A stretch of 64,000 nucleotides of DNA from Chloroflexota bacterium (GTDB lineage Bacteria; Chloroflexota; UBA11872; VXOZ01). How positions within the stretch are numbered: the stretch's first letter is position 1; each line of letters opens with the position of its first letter. The notes beneath the pieces are model-generated. The model saw nothing but the letters and a program-made list of their open reading frames with translations. It had not been told where the DNA came from and made no database searches. The stretch is from the NCBI GenBank assembly GCA_965221905.1, contig OZ244922.1, forward strand, positions 2,016,001 through 2,080,000. The letters run 5' to 3'. Shown piece by piece: positions 31,716 through 42,383 of this stretch. The position numbers and the translations under genes are program-made.

Positions 31716-31846
31716 ACTTTTTGCCGTAGTTCCATTCTCTCACCAGTGGTTGCTTCCCTCTGAAGAGGGCCATTATGGTGGCCATTTCGAGGTCATCTGA
31801 AAACAAGAGCGATAGAGAATTCCATGAAAGTGTGGAGAAGCAAGGG

Positions 31847-31919
31847 TGACCCGGCTGGGACTCGAACCCAGGACACCCTGATTAAAAGTCAGGTGCTCTG
31901 CCAACTGAGCTACCGGGCC
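31847..31919 (-). tRNA. tRNA-Lys(TTT)
   Basis: GGCCCGG/CCGGGTC acceptor stem, CCTGA-CTTTTAA-TCAGG, GTTCGAGT; followed by CCC, so CCA is not encoded. Confidence 0.94.
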
Positions 31920-32041
31920 GTACACTCAGTCTAGCAAATCCTGCTGACTGACCTCAATGGCTCACACGCATAGGTAGTGGCAGAATCCACTTGGTGTAGG
32001 TAAGCTGGTAAGCACACAAGGAAGTAAGAAGGACGTACCGC

Positions 32042-32851
32042 ATGAAGGCGCCGCCGGCACGCGTAATCGAGTTGTTCGACCGCGATGCCCTCAATTTTGA
32101 GGAATACCTTCAGAGCCCGCTGGGACGACTGCGGACAGAGCTCATTTGGTCCGGCCTCGCGCCCATGCTCGAGCAGAGCGACTCCGCACACCACGTGCTG
32201 GACGTTGGAGGCGGCACGGGGGCCTTTGCGCTTCGCATCGTTGGGCAGGGCCACCGCGTATTGCTGCTTGATCCCGCCCAGGGAATGCTGGACCTTGCGT
32301 CAGCCAAGGCAAAGCGTGATCTCCCTTCAAAGGCAAGGGAGAACTTGCGAGTGAAAAAAGGCACCATCACAGACCTAAGCATCCGCTCTTTAGCACGACA
32401 CTTCTCAACAGTGCTTGTCCACAATATCCTCGAGTATGCCGTGGGACCGCAACAGATTCTAAGCCACGTTCGCCAGTTAATCCGCGATGACGGTTGCTTG
32501 TCCATCGTGGTAGCTAATCGCGACGCAGAGCCCCTGCGAACTGTGGTAAACCAACAGGACCCCTGCACGGCTCTGCAATTGCTCGACAAAACGGTGCATT
32601 CGTCTTCACTCTTTGGCGGTTACCGCCGCGTCTATGCGCTTCAAGAGATTGTGTCGATGCTAGACGCAGCCGGATTCTATAGCGTTGGGGTTCGCGGTGT
32701 GCGGGTGAACTGCGACTTTCTTTCACAAAGCCTGCTTGAGCAGCAGGACGGCTGGCATGCCGCTTTTGCTCTGGAGCAAGAGCTCATTACGCGCACACCG
32801 CACAAATATCTTGCACGCTACTTGCATATCCTCGCCCGACCTCATGACTAG
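32042..32851 (+). CDS. Class I SAM-dependent methyltransferase (SmtA/CmoM-like)
   Basis: GRLR, VLDVGGGTG, HNILEY, GVRV, ARYLH. Confidence 0.8.
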   Translation: MKAPPARVIELFDRDALNFEEYLQSPLGRLRTELIWSGLAPMLEQSDSAHHVLDVGGGTGAFALRIVGQGHRVLLLDPAQGMLDLASAKAKRDLPSKARENLRVKKGTITDLSIRSLARHFSTVLVHNILEYAVGPQQILSHVRQLIRDDGCLSIVVANRDAEPLRTVVNQQDPCTALQLLDKTVHSSSLFGGYRRVYALQEIVSMLDAAGFYSVGVRGVRVNCDFLSQSLLEQQDGWHAAFALEQELITRTPHKYLARYLHILARPHD

Positions 32852-32869
32852 CCCAAACAACTGAAGCAA

Positions 32870-33877
32870 ATGACGCCCAAAAGACCTCTATTCCTGCTCC
32901 TGCATTTCCTACTCTTCGCACTTATCCTGGCAGTGGCGCCGGCGCGGGCATATGCTGATGTAACGGAAGTCCAAGACTGGGTCATTCTACAGGGACACTT
33001 CTATACCCAAACGAACGGCAGCGACGGAAGCGATGACCTTGGATATGCAGTCATTGATGATGAAGACGCACTGTTTTGGACTTGGTTTGAAAATCTTGGC
33101 GGCGTCAACGCGTTGGGCTATCCGGTCTCGCAACGCTTTCGCCATGGTGGATTCGTCGCCCAAGCATTTCAGAAGGCAATTCTCCTCTGGGATGAGCAAG
33201 CGCAAGGCGTGCATCTTATGAATCTCTTTGATGAGCTTTCCGCTGCCGGTGCGGATCCGTTCCTTGTAACCCATCGATTCATACCGAAATCAGAGCCTTG
33301 GTTGGAAGACGCAGGCCAGCCGTGGGAAATAGTGGTAGCTAACCATCTCGCACTGCTTGAAGATGATCCGGCGATAAAAGCGGCCTACTACGCCGAATCC
33401 AAACATGGGCGTGACCCCATTACGTTCAATGGACTTCCCATGGGTATACGTGACTTTGGATTCGTGGTCGTGCTGCGCGCGCAGCGGCGCGCGTTTCAGC
33501 ACTGGAAGATAGACACGCCTTCGGCGGGCGTGGGGGTGGTGGAAGTAGTCAATGGGGGCGATTTGGCGAAAGAGCTCAGTCTCATTCCGGCAGCCGCACA
33601 GGAGCCGATGCCGGCCCCATCACCCCCATTTGCATACGGCAATGCCGCACTTGGAGAGACCCTCTACCGTGAGTCCGGATGCGTGCTCTGCCACGGACTG
33701 CTGGCCGATGGCGGGATTGGCCCGGCACTCGTAGGAACCGAATTCGACTTCCCGGCGTTTCTTGATGCCGTGCGCTCCCCTAGCGATACTATGCCGCCAT
33801 ACGATGAAGAACTGATCACGGATCAAGCGGTGCGGGAAATCCTCGCCCACGTGCGTTCTCTGGCCGCTGGGCCTTAG
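32870..33877 (+). CDS. Secreted protein with cell-surface domain and C-terminal monoheme cytochrome c
   Basis: Signal peptide (AYA-D); FWTWFENLGGVNALGYPVS domain; CVLCH heme motif, GPAL, distal Met in TMPPY. Confidence 0.78.
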   Translation: MTPKRPLFLLLHFLLFALILAVAPARAYADVTEVQDWVILQGHFYTQTNGSDGSDDLGYAVIDDEDALFWTWFENLGGVNALGYPVSQRFRHGGFVAQAFQKAILLWDEQAQGVHLMNLFDELSAAGADPFLVTHRFIPKSEPWLEDAGQPWEIVVANHLALLEDDPAIKAAYYAESKHGRDPITFNGLPMGIRDFGFVVVLRAQRRAFQHWKIDTPSAGVGVVEVVNGGDLAKELSLIPAAAQEPMPAPSPPFAYGNAALGETLYRESGCVLCHGLLADGGIGPALVGTEFDFPAFLDAVRSPSDTMPPYDEELITDQAVREILAHVRSLAAGP

Positions 33878-33891
33878 GGTCTCAGCTATCT

Positions 33892-34704
33892 CTATGAGCG
33901 ACGGCGCGTGACCGGCCCAGTGATGCGAGACAGGAGAATGCCAACTTCGTAGAGGAGGTACATGGGAATCGCCACCAGTGCCTGATTGAATGGGTCCGGA
34001 GTAGGCGTGATGACTGCAGCCACGATGGCAACTATGACGACGACGAATGGCCGCCACTTGGAAAGACGCCGCGTGTCCACAATTCCAATTGCAGAGAGAA
34101 AGTAGATGAATATGGGCGTCTGGAATACCAGACCAAGCGCGAGTAGCATTCGTGTCACAAACGAGACATACAGCGAGACGGAGGGAAAACTCTCCACTTG
34201 ATCGGAAATCCAGCTATTCGTTCCTAGCAAGAACCCCAACGCAAACCGCAGCACCACAAAGTAGCAGAAGGCCATGCCAATTACAAAGGCAAATGTGGAA
34301 GTGGGTACGAGCATGTAGAGATAGCGCCGCTCGCGCCGGGTGAGGCCGGGCATAACATAGGCGCCAATCTGATAGACGAGCACCGGCATCGCACCCGCGA
34401 CGCCCACCATAATCGCCACGCGCATGAATGTGAAAATGCCCTCGGTGGGAGAAAACTGGTACAGCGTAGTAACGTTGTCCGGTGCGGGCATTATGAGAAT
34501 TTCCATGATCGGCCTAATAAAGATAAAGCCGACCACCGTAAAGAAGAGCACCGAAAGTACCGCGATCAGCATACGACGCCGCAATTCGGAGAGGTGCTCT
34601 CCCAGCGTCATCTCCATGTCGAGATCTGCTACGTTATCCGGATTCACGCCATCCGGCGCCACCTCCGGCGGTTCCTCCGACCCTGAGCGATTCTCTGTTG
34701 CCAT
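33892..34704 (-). CDS. tatC: Twin-arginine translocase subunit TatC
   Basis: HLSELRRR, PGLTRRE, FQTP, AAVITPTPD, LYEVGI. Confidence 0.95.
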   Translation of the reverse strand: MATENRSGSEEPPEVAPDGVNPDNVADLDMEMTLGEHLSELRRRMLIAVLSVLFFTVVGFIFIRPIMEILIMPAPDNVTTLYQFSPTEGIFTFMRVAIMVGVAGAMPVLVYQIGAYVMPGLTRRERRYLYMLVPTSTFAFVIGMAFCYFVVLRFALGFLLGTNSWISDQVESFPSVSLYVSFVTRMLLALGLVFQTPIFIYFLSAIGIVDTRRLSKWRPFVVVIVAIVAAVITPTPDPFNQALVAIPMYLLYEVGILLSRITGPVTRRRS

Positions 34705-35297
34705 ACGTGCAGTTACTTCCTTAGACTCATCGCTTCATAGATTAACGCTACACTGGGCACAAGGGAGACTTCAAGTTAGCGTTCCCTGGGGCGAGTGCAG
34801 CAGGCGTGCAAGAGGTCAGCCACGCGTAGCCCAAGCGTGACATATGCGTGTGTTAATGCTACCACTGTGGGCTCATGCGTGCACCGTGCCGAGGCCTTCA
34901 GCGATTGTATAACCCGCTACTGCAACATAGCGCGGGAATTTGCTCAGAAGGCGAAGGCATGGAGCAAGTGTTCGGCCCATCGACATCCCCAAAGCTTGAA
35001 CTGCGCCGCATGTGCGGAGCGATTACACTTGCTGAACCAATTGCCGAATTGGTACGACGAACCGCACATCTAGCGGGAGTATTACAACTAGCAGACTTGG
35101 CTTCTCGATATCCCAAGACTGTGTAAGCCAACCCGCTGACGCTTTAGCATTCGCTTGGGTTTGTATAATGGACAATAGGGCTTGGGAATTCGAAATCATG
35201 CAAGTGCCATGCTTGAATCGCCAGTCGCACAGGTGATGTTCGAATCTCCAAGTCATCCCTATGGGTTCAAAGATAGGCACTCCTCAGTTGGCTCAAA

Positions 35298-37811
35298 ATG
35301 TCGCAACAGGCCGGCCTGCAACGCAATGAAGCAGGCAATTACATAGTCCGCCCAGCAGTCTTGGTCGCGCTGATTGCGCTCCTTGGCTTAGGCGTACGTC
35401 TGTTCTACCTAGGCAATCTCGGCGGCTTCGACTTTGACGAGATAGTCAGCTACGAGTACGCGGAACTACCCCTGGCCACCATGCTGCGGACTATTGCTAC
35501 TCGTACTTTTGAGCATCCTCCCTTCTACTATGCACTGCTCCATCTTTGGTTTAGTGTGCCGGTGGAGCGGTCGGAGTCGTTTGTGCGCCTACTTTCCGTT
35601 GGGCTGGGAACGCTTACGATTCCTACGTCTTTTCTCTTGGCTTCTCGATTGCTGCGCGGCACGCGAGTCGCCTTGCTCACCGCTCTGTTAGTAGCCTTGT
35701 CGCCGCTAGAGGTCTACTTCAGCCGCGAGTCCCGCATGTACGCTCTCCTAGTGCTGCTGGGGGTACTTTCGCTCTGGCTGTTGCTAAAGGCTCTTGATCG
35801 TGGGCGCTGGTGGTGGCTCCTCTACGCGATCGTGACGCTCCTGGCGCTCTACACCCATTACGTTTCGCTGGCAGTTCTCCTTGCCGCGAATTTCTATCTG
35901 GCTTGGGTTTGGCGGCGCAACCCACTACCTCTTCTTGGTTTTGTAGCGCTTGAACTTGCTATTGGGCTCTTACATTTCCCTCTGATCAATTCATCATCCG
36001 GCCTCACCGCCAGCTTGCCGGCTTTTGGCACTGGAAGTTGGAGTTGGAGTTACCTGGCCGCAATTGGTGAGGAAACGTTATCCGGCTTCGTGGTCGGCCC
36101 AGAAGGCGTTGTACGTTCTCGTTGGGCAACAGTGATTACGGGAGTGGTTTGGATTGTAGCCCTCGCTGGAATAGTACGTTTGGTTCGCCGAAGAGAGTGC
36201 TTGCTATTGGCCGCGCTATTTGCTTGTACCCTCGTCGCGTTAGCTGCGCTCGTAGCGATCGACAAGGATTTCCAAATTCGCTACCTCCTGATTCTGCACG
36301 TTCCCTTCCTCATGGTGGTGGCTACCGGACTAGAGCATGTACAAAAGTGGCAGTGGTGGCTTGCATCCGCCGGCCTGGCAGCGGCGACCGCGCTCCCCTT
36401 GCTTCCCTACTACTTCGAGTACCAGCGCGGTGACTACCAGCAAATCACCCAACGCGTTGAATTACTTGCCGTGGACGGTGATGAAGTTGTGCTCACTGGG
36501 CCTTGGCAGGAACGGTATTGGTGCCACTTTTCCACCAGAGACGACGCAAACGTTGCTTCGATCGCCCCAACGGATTCGGGATGTAAACAAGCTACAAAGT
36601 ACGAACTATTCGTGCATCGTATTCCCCTTTCGGTACCGCCTGCCCTGGACCCGGTGCAGACCGACAAAGACATGCGGTTCATTTACGACGTGCACAGGCC
36701 CAAGCAACTTTGGTTCGTCCAAGCCGGACTCGCCCAGGCGGACCCGACTAACTACGTTGAACGGTGGCTGACCGAGCATGCTTGGCAAGGGTACCGTCGC
36801 ACCTACCTCAATGGCGTGCTATCACTGTGGGCGGTGGAGACACGTGGCATGACCCGCGTTGTGCCCACGAACATGAACATCAGTAATGCGTTAGCCGTAG
36901 AGTGGTACGAGATAGAAACAAACCCACAAGCAGGTTCGATTCTGCGCACGACATTCGGCTTGCGCCTACTCAAGCAAACTGATAAAAACATCAAGCTTTC
37001 ATTTCGGTTGTATGATGGGCGCGGAGAGCACATCCAGCGCGATGTTTTTGTCGGTCACCCGCACCATCCCACAAGCTCCTGGGAGGTTGGTGAAACAGTG
37101 TTGTTTCGCGCCGGCATCTTGCTGCCACCCGGCGCGAAACCAGGCATGTACACTCTCGGCTCCATCTTTTATGTCGACTCCGAGCCGCCTCTACCCATAA
37201 GTGTTGGTGGAACTGTTCAGCCTGACAGCCCATTCATCTTGAGCGAGGTTGAATTGCAGCGCGGTCCCCCCGAAGTAGTCGATCCTGCAGTTACTCCTAG
37301 AGAAATCAACGTTCAGTTCGCGGACCCGGAGAAGAGCACCGACCGCCAAATGGTAGCTTTGGAGGGTTTTGGCATCGCGAACCCAACGCTCCAGCCCGGT
37401 GAGGGCTTACAGGTCCTGCTGGTTTGGCGTGCATTGCGGAATGTCGACGCGCAGTTGCTCGCAGAGCTCAGACTGATAGACACAGTAGGCACTGTGGCTT
37501 GGGAGCATCAACGCGTCGTAGGCGGCGAGACGTACCGCGTAGATCGCTGGATAGTTAACGACTTCGTCCGGGATTGGTATTTGAGTGAAATTAGCCCCAC
37601 GCTTCCGAAGGGAGATTATTCACTTCAGCTAAGGGTGCTGAAGCCTTCCGGTCGCGAAGGTGATGAGCAAGTCGCGCTGGTAAATGCCACGGAACGAGAG
37701 ATCAGTGTCTCTCTCGGAACCGTACACATCAGGTCCCAAGACGATCTTCCCGCTCGTCCACCTCTCTGGCAACGCGCTTTGCGGCGCCTTTGGCGCGAAG
37801 TAACCAAGTAG
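35298..37811 (+). CDS. GT-C fold glycosyltransferase (family 39 / PMT-like) with C-terminal extracytoplasmic domains
   Basis: DFDE, HPPFYY, SRESRMY, LYTHY; many TM helices. Confidence 0.85.
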   Translation: MSQQAGLQRNEAGNYIVRPAVLVALIALLGLGVRLFYLGNLGGFDFDEIVSYEYAELPLATMLRTIATRTFEHPPFYYALLHLWFSVPVERSESFVRLLSVGLGTLTIPTSFLLASRLLRGTRVALLTALLVALSPLEVYFSRESRMYALLVLLGVLSLWLLLKALDRGRWWWLLYAIVTLLALYTHYVSLAVLLAANFYLAWVWRRNPLPLLGFVALELAIGLLHFPLINSSSGLTASLPAFGTGSWSWSYLAAIGEETLSGFVVGPEGVVRSRWATVITGVVWIVALAGIVRLVRRRECLLLAALFACTLVALAALVAIDKDFQIRYLLILHVPFLMVVATGLEHVQKWQWWLASAGLAAATALPLLPYYFEYQRGDYQQITQRVELLAVDGDEVVLTGPWQERYWCHFSTRDDANVASIAPTDSGCKQATKYELFVHRIPLSVPPALDPVQTDKDMRFIYDVHRPKQLWFVQAGLAQADPTNYVERWLTEHAWQGYRRTYLNGVLSLWAVETRGMTRVVPTNMNISNALAVEWYEIETNPQAGSILRTTFGLRLLKQTDKNIKLSFRLYDGRGEHIQRDVFVGHPHHPTSSWEVGETVLFRAGILLPPGAKPGMYTLGSIFYVDSEPPLPISVGGTVQPDSPFILSEVELQRGPPEVVDPAVTPREINVQFADPEKSTDRQMVALEGFGIANPTLQPGEGLQVLLVWRALRNVDAQLLAELRLIDTVGTVAWEHQRVVGGETYRVDRWIVNDFVRDWYLSEISPTLPKGDYSLQLRVLKPSGREGDEQVALVNATEREISVSLGTVHIRSQDDLPARPPLWQRALRRLWREVTK

Positions 37812-38012
37812 CAACTCGTGCACTATGGCTGGCACCGTCTCACCCAAGCCTACTTTGTACACGCCCTCTTGCATTCTGCGGGTCAGTCAATTGCGCTAGC
37901 AACGCCAGGACAATGTCTTGCATTGTAGGCTTGTGTCTGTCTAACTATGGACTTCGATTGACCGTTGAAGGAAGACATCGCTTGTGGTCAGAGGTCTTGG
38001 TTTACCCATAAA

Positions 38013-38058
38013 AAACGCACTCACTTTCCTCAATTACGTTAGAGGAGTGAGTGCGTTT
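38013..38058. terminator. Hairpin between convergent genes, possible bidirectional terminator
   Basis: AAACGCACTCACT..CCTC / GAGGAGTGAGTGCGTTT with A and T runs on either side. Confidence 0.5.
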
Positions 38059-38250
38059 CAGTTTTCGTCGCGTGGATTATCTAGATGGCTCGCCTTGTCA
38101 CCGGCTTTGGCGCATCCACTGCTCTGCCTCTCGGTCAACTTCCCAATGGTTCGCCGCATCGGTAAGCGGGCGCTGGCCCGCTCTCGAATCGGTGGTTTGA
38201 TCGACGGATTCTCGAATAGGCTATGCTACCTGCGACAGTGGGTTATGTTC

Positions 38251-39546
38251 TTAGCCGGCCTTGGCCAGCAATTCCACGAGCCTTGGGCCATGCTCCACCA
38301 CCTTGCGGACGGCCGCGGCAGTCTGCTCGAGCCAGTCTTCGCTGGGATCGACCGGCGTGGAAAGCCAGAAGCACGAATCGTGGACGCGCTCACTGACCGG
38401 CAATGAGCCGCGCTTTAGGGGTTGGCGAGTATCTGACGGCAGATCGCCCCAAGGTCCCCCTAATCCCTCAAAGGAGAAATCGGTAAACAACGGTTCCAAG
38501 TGCATCACGCCGTATCCGAACGGCGTAATCGCCGGTTTCGTGCTGACCCCTTCGGCCACCAGTGCCTTAAGCACACTATTGACCGGTGCACCAATTTCCG
38601 CTGGATCGAACACCCCTGCGTAGAGCAGCAGTCCACCGCGCACTGCCGCGGGATAGGTCTTCTGAGGGTGGATTCCCGGAATTGGCTCCAGAAGGTCATC
38701 GAGTTTCTTGAACCACGCCAGGCGCTTTTCGTTCAGTTCAGGTAGGCGCTCAAGCTGAGCGCGCGCCATTGCCATAGCCAGCGGGTTGGCTCGATACTTT
38801 ACACCGAGCCCGATATTGTGGAGCGACCTAAACTGCTCTGTCTGCCACATTCTTTCATTGCGGCCATAGTGCCCCAGAGCAAGCATGCGGTCGTAGAGAT
38901 CGGGGCAATTCGTGGTAGCGACGCCGGCTTCGATGCCGGTAACCGCTTTACTGCCCTGCAGGCTAAAGCAGCCAATGTCACCCAGGGAACCGACAGACTG
39001 TCCGTCCCAGGTCGCGCCATGGGCATGGGAAGCATCTTCGATCAATGTAATGTCCGTGCCCTCAACCATCTCGCGGAAGGCATCCATATCCGCTGGGTTG
39101 CCGTAGACGTGGGTAACGATGATCGCACAGGTGTTCGGCGTAATCTTGCGGCGCACATCTTCCGGGTCTGCGCAGAACGTCTCTGGATCTATGTCGCAAA
39201 ACACCGGCGTGGCATTGCAGTGCAGAATAGGGGTGATGCTGGCATGCCAGGTCACCGACGGCACGATCACCTCTTTGCCGAGGCGAGCGCCGGATGCAAA
39301 GACAGCAGCGTGAATGGTGGACGTGCCGTTGCAGTGGGCCAGGGCATAGCGTGTGCCGACAAAGTCCCGGAATTGCTCCTCGAACTTCTCAATCTCGTCG
39401 TAGGCGCTGCCGTAGTCATCGAGAACAGCATTCACGTATTGCTTTTCCAGCGGACTCACGCGCTCCCACGTATCATTGGCAGGCGCGGTCACCGCCTTGG
39501 GGCCGCCCTCGAGCGCCAAGGCCTCTCTGCTAATCACCTTTGCCAT
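38251..39546 (-). CDS. DegT/DnrJ/EryC1/StrS PLP-dependent aminotransferase
   Basis: NGTST, EDASHAHG, FSLQGSK, EAG, KYR. Confidence 0.92.
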   Translation of the reverse strand: MAKVISREALALEGGPKAVTAPANDTWERVSPLEKQYVNAVLDDYGSAYDEIEKFEEQFRDFVGTRYALAHCNGTSTIHAAVFASGARLGKEVIVPSVTWHASITPILHCNATPVFCDIDPETFCADPEDVRRKITPNTCAIIVTHVYGNPADMDAFREMVEGTDITLIEDASHAHGATWDGQSVGSLGDIGCFSLQGSKAVTGIEAGVATTNCPDLYDRMLALGHYGRNERMWQTEQFRSLHNIGLGVKYRANPLAMAMARAQLERLPELNEKRLAWFKKLDDLLEPIPGIHPQKTYPAAVRGGLLLYAGVFDPAEIGAPVNSVLKALVAEGVSTKPAITPFGYGVMHLEPLFTDFSFEGLGGPWGDLPSDTRQPLKRGSLPVSERVHDSCFWLSTPVDPSEDWLEQTAAAVRKVVEHGPRLVELLAKAG

Positions 39547-39753
39547 CGCACACTCCTTTGAAATGGAAAATTACCGAACGCAGCGCATGCCCAACAGTCT
39601 CACTGCCGTTCCTCACGAGTTTATCATGCTTCGCCTTACGGTAACAGGTGTATCAAAGATTACCCAGCAATCAGGGGAAGGCATTATGTAATCCCTTCCC
39701 CTGTCGTTCTACTCCCATTGTCGCGGCGTTGATTCAACGTGCGGTCAATCCTA

Positions 39754-40458
39754 TCAGGTCAGCTTCCACGTTTTTATTTCCAGCCTGGCAGCCGGGTTGC
39801 GCCAGTCGTGTTGTGCAGGGTCGAGTCCACCGTCGCCGTGGATGCCCGCGTGGACGTGGACAAATCCCTCGGCGGTTGCCGTGTCTCTGGCGTTGTGACT
39901 GCCGCAGGGCGGACCTGGGACGTAATCGCAGCTTTCGCTGTTTCCTTCACTGCCTGCGTCGTAGACATTCAAGTAAACGACCTTGGAGGAGGATAGGTCG
40001 AGACTGTTTGCGCCAATGAAGCCGTCATTCGTTGACACCAGCATGCTGGCTAAGGAGAGTAGCTGCTTACCGTCCGCGATAGTGAACGAAATAGTAACGG
40101 TCTGGCCGGGCCGGATGAGGCCGCCCTCTACTCTGACTTCGGCGACGCTGCTATTCTCATCCGGATTCCACGCCTCACGCAGGCCGGTGGCGTTGCCATC
40201 CTCCGCCATGGCCGCCAACCCGTCACTGGCAGGCTGTCCTAATGTGTAGAGAGGATCGGCATTCCGGTCGTGCCGCGCGGCGAAGACGGAGGTCATCGTC
40301 TGTCCGCGAGTCAGGTTAGTAATGGTGACCTCAACCATCAATTCATCGGTATCGTTGCCGGCGGTGTTGAGCATGCCGGCAGCGTTGAGTATGCCGGCGG
40401 ACAGGGCCAGCAACACCACTAGCCCAGCCAGGGCAATGAGGATTGTCTTTTTGCTCAA
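39754..40458 (-). CDS. Spondin_N domain secreted protein
   Basis: VTITNLT, MAEDG, SMLVSTNDGF, YDAGSE, VHVHAGIHG; AGGAGG RBS before TTG. Confidence 0.85.
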   Translation of the reverse strand: MSKKTILIALAGLVVLLALSAGILNAAGMLNTAGNDTDELMVEVTITNLTRGQTMTSVFAARHDRNADPLYTLGQPASDGLAAMAEDGNATGLREAWNPDENSSVAEVRVEGGLIRPGQTVTISFTIADGKQLLSLASMLVSTNDGFIGANSLDLSSSKVVYLNVYDAGSEGNSESCDYVPGPPCGSHNARDTATAEGFVHVHAGIHGDGGLDPAQHDWRNPAARLEIKTWKLT

Positions 40459-40489
40459 TTTAGTATCCTCCTGAAAACGAGCTTTCCTC

Positions 40490-40526
40490 AAAAGACAGGA
40501 GGTAGCATTGCTGCTACCTCCTGTCT
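40490..40526 (-). terminator. Intrinsic terminator after the SBP gene
   Basis: Perfect 15-bp stem AGACAGGAGGTAGCA/TGCTACCTCCTGTCT with a T run on the minus strand. Confidence 0.75.
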
Positions 40527-40574
40527 CAATCGACTAATCGGAGTGTGCCTGCAAACAGGCAGACTTTCCTAGTC

Positions 40575-41945
40575 TTACGTCATCGCCCACTCGGCAGGAC
40601 GGTTGCTGAAGAGCACGTTCATCTCTTCGGCAGACTGTCGGAACGCCTCAGGCACGGTGACCTCACCGGAGATCGCCTTGCGTGTCCATTCGATGTCGAT
40701 GCCCCAAGCCTCAGTGCCTTCCGGCACGATCATGGCATCGTGACCGCCGGAAATCCACACGTCCACCACGTCCGTTACGCGGGTGCCCTTGAATGGCTCC
40801 AGCCACTTCGGATGCGTGGCGTACTCAATGACGGGCGGCCAGGCGATAGAACCGAAGTGCGGGGTCTCCAGCATGCTCTCGTCAGAATGGAACCACATGA
40901 GGAAGTCCCATGCCAGGTCTTTGGCTTCAGAAAGTGCCATGATGGAGTAGGCATTGCCCAGCACGGTCACGCGCTGATCAAGACCTTTCGGCGGCGGCAG
41001 GAAGTCCAGCGCCTCGCCCAAATGGGGGCGGATACCGTTGTGACGGTAAATACCGTTGTTTTCCATAGCCACAAAGCGCGCCTCAATGTGGTTCTGGCCC
41101 TTCGGGATTTCTTCGCGAATTTCTGGCGGCGGTGTCAACTTGTGCTTGAGCGCCAGGTCAACATTGAACTGGGCGCCTTCCAGAGAAGCCGGATCCGTGC
41201 CATATAGCGCCTTGTCCTTGGTCTCGTTGAGGATCTGGCCGCCAAAGTTGTACATCCACGTGCCCATCATGTAGAACACGTAGTTCTGGTAGATCACCAG
41301 TCCCCACTGCTTCTCATCCTCATTGGTGAGCTTGCGGGAGATTTCCAACAGGTCGTCGTAGCTCCAGTCCGGTGGCGGGATTTCAACACCGGCCTTGGTG
41401 AACATGTCCTTATTGATCATGAAGTTCTCACCGCCCGACTGGAAGGGCACGCCGTAGAGGTTGGGACCCCAACTCCAATTCACCAACTCGCCGGCAAAGT
41501 AGTCCTCTTTGCTGCGCGGGCCTTTGGCGAAATAGGGAGTCAGTTCCTCAATGATACCCGTGAGACCCCACTTGAGCGCCCAGTTAACCTGGTTGTAGGT
41601 AAGGTCCACATTGGTGATGCCAGCCGCAAACTCAGTATTGCGTTTTCCAAAGACTCCACCATTGCCGCGGTCAGCCGACGTCTCGATTGTGATGCCGAGT
41701 GACTCTGCACCAACTCGGAACGTCTCGGAAAGCGCTGTCCAACGGGGGTCTTCCGGTGAGTGGTAATTAGATATCACCAGTACCGGCTTCTCCATCATCT
41801 CGGTCTTTTCCTCGGCCTTGGGCGCCTCGGCCATGTCGGCTTTGGGCTCACCAGTTGGTGCCACTGCCGTGCCGCACGCGGCGAGTATGGCGATACCACC
41901 GGCCGCAACTCCCGAACCTAGCAATGATCGTCTCGTCATTCTCAT
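40575..41945 (-). CDS. Tat-exported extracellular solute-binding lipoprotein
   Basis: MTRRSLL, LAAC lipobox, YGVP, INKDMF, WSYDDL; AGGAGGAG RBS. Confidence 0.88.
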   Translation of the reverse strand: MRMTRRSLLGSGVAAGGIAILAACGTAVAPTGEPKADMAEAPKAEEKTEMMEKPVLVISNYHSPEDPRWTALSETFRVGAESLGITIETSADRGNGGVFGKRNTEFAAGITNVDLTYNQVNWALKWGLTGIIEELTPYFAKGPRSKEDYFAGELVNWSWGPNLYGVPFQSGGENFMINKDMFTKAGVEIPPPDWSYDDLLEISRKLTNEDEKQWGLVIYQNYVFYMMGTWMYNFGGQILNETKDKALYGTDPASLEGAQFNVDLALKHKLTPPPEIREEIPKGQNHIEARFVAMENNGIYRHNGIRPHLGEALDFLPPPKGLDQRVTVLGNAYSIMALSEAKDLAWDFLMWFHSDESMLETPHFGSIAWPPVIEYATHPKWLEPFKGTRVTDVVDVWISGGHDAMIVPEGTEAWGIDIEWTRKAISGEVTVPEAFRQSAEEMNVLFSNRPAEWAMT

Positions 41946-42383
41946 GGGGGACTCCTCCTTTTTGGCTCTTCCCCAGCGAGAACCTGCAAATGAATGGGCC
42001 AACTCAATCGGCCATCATACGCCCAGCCATGTTGCAAGTCCAATCAGTATTCCGATAAGCGATTCACACTGAAATCGGCTAGGCTAGGAGAGATTATATA
42101 CGTTCCGTCAAGGTGGGTCAAGGATTTTCTCCGTACAATCCGTTCCCCAAAAATCTCTACAGGAAGCCGCGGGGGCACCACCTCCTGTATTAGTCGTACC
42201 GATCTCTTACAACTGCCTGGGTCCTCCGAGCAAACCGGCAAGTCTCCGGACGAGGCTTAGCTTCCAATTCAAAGATCTGCTAGCAAGAGAGAGTAAAGGG
42301 GGCACTGTTTTGCTGCGCAAGCAAGGAATGCTCAAGGAGAACGTTACGCAGAGCACTAACTTAGCGCGCCCGCTCTAGGTAGA

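Noticed and set aside
34705-35297. Small genes in the tatC-glycosyltransferase gap (also 28430-28940 and 37812-38250)
   Set aside because: The short ORFs lack an RBS or protein-like features, and no tatA-like sequence was recognised.
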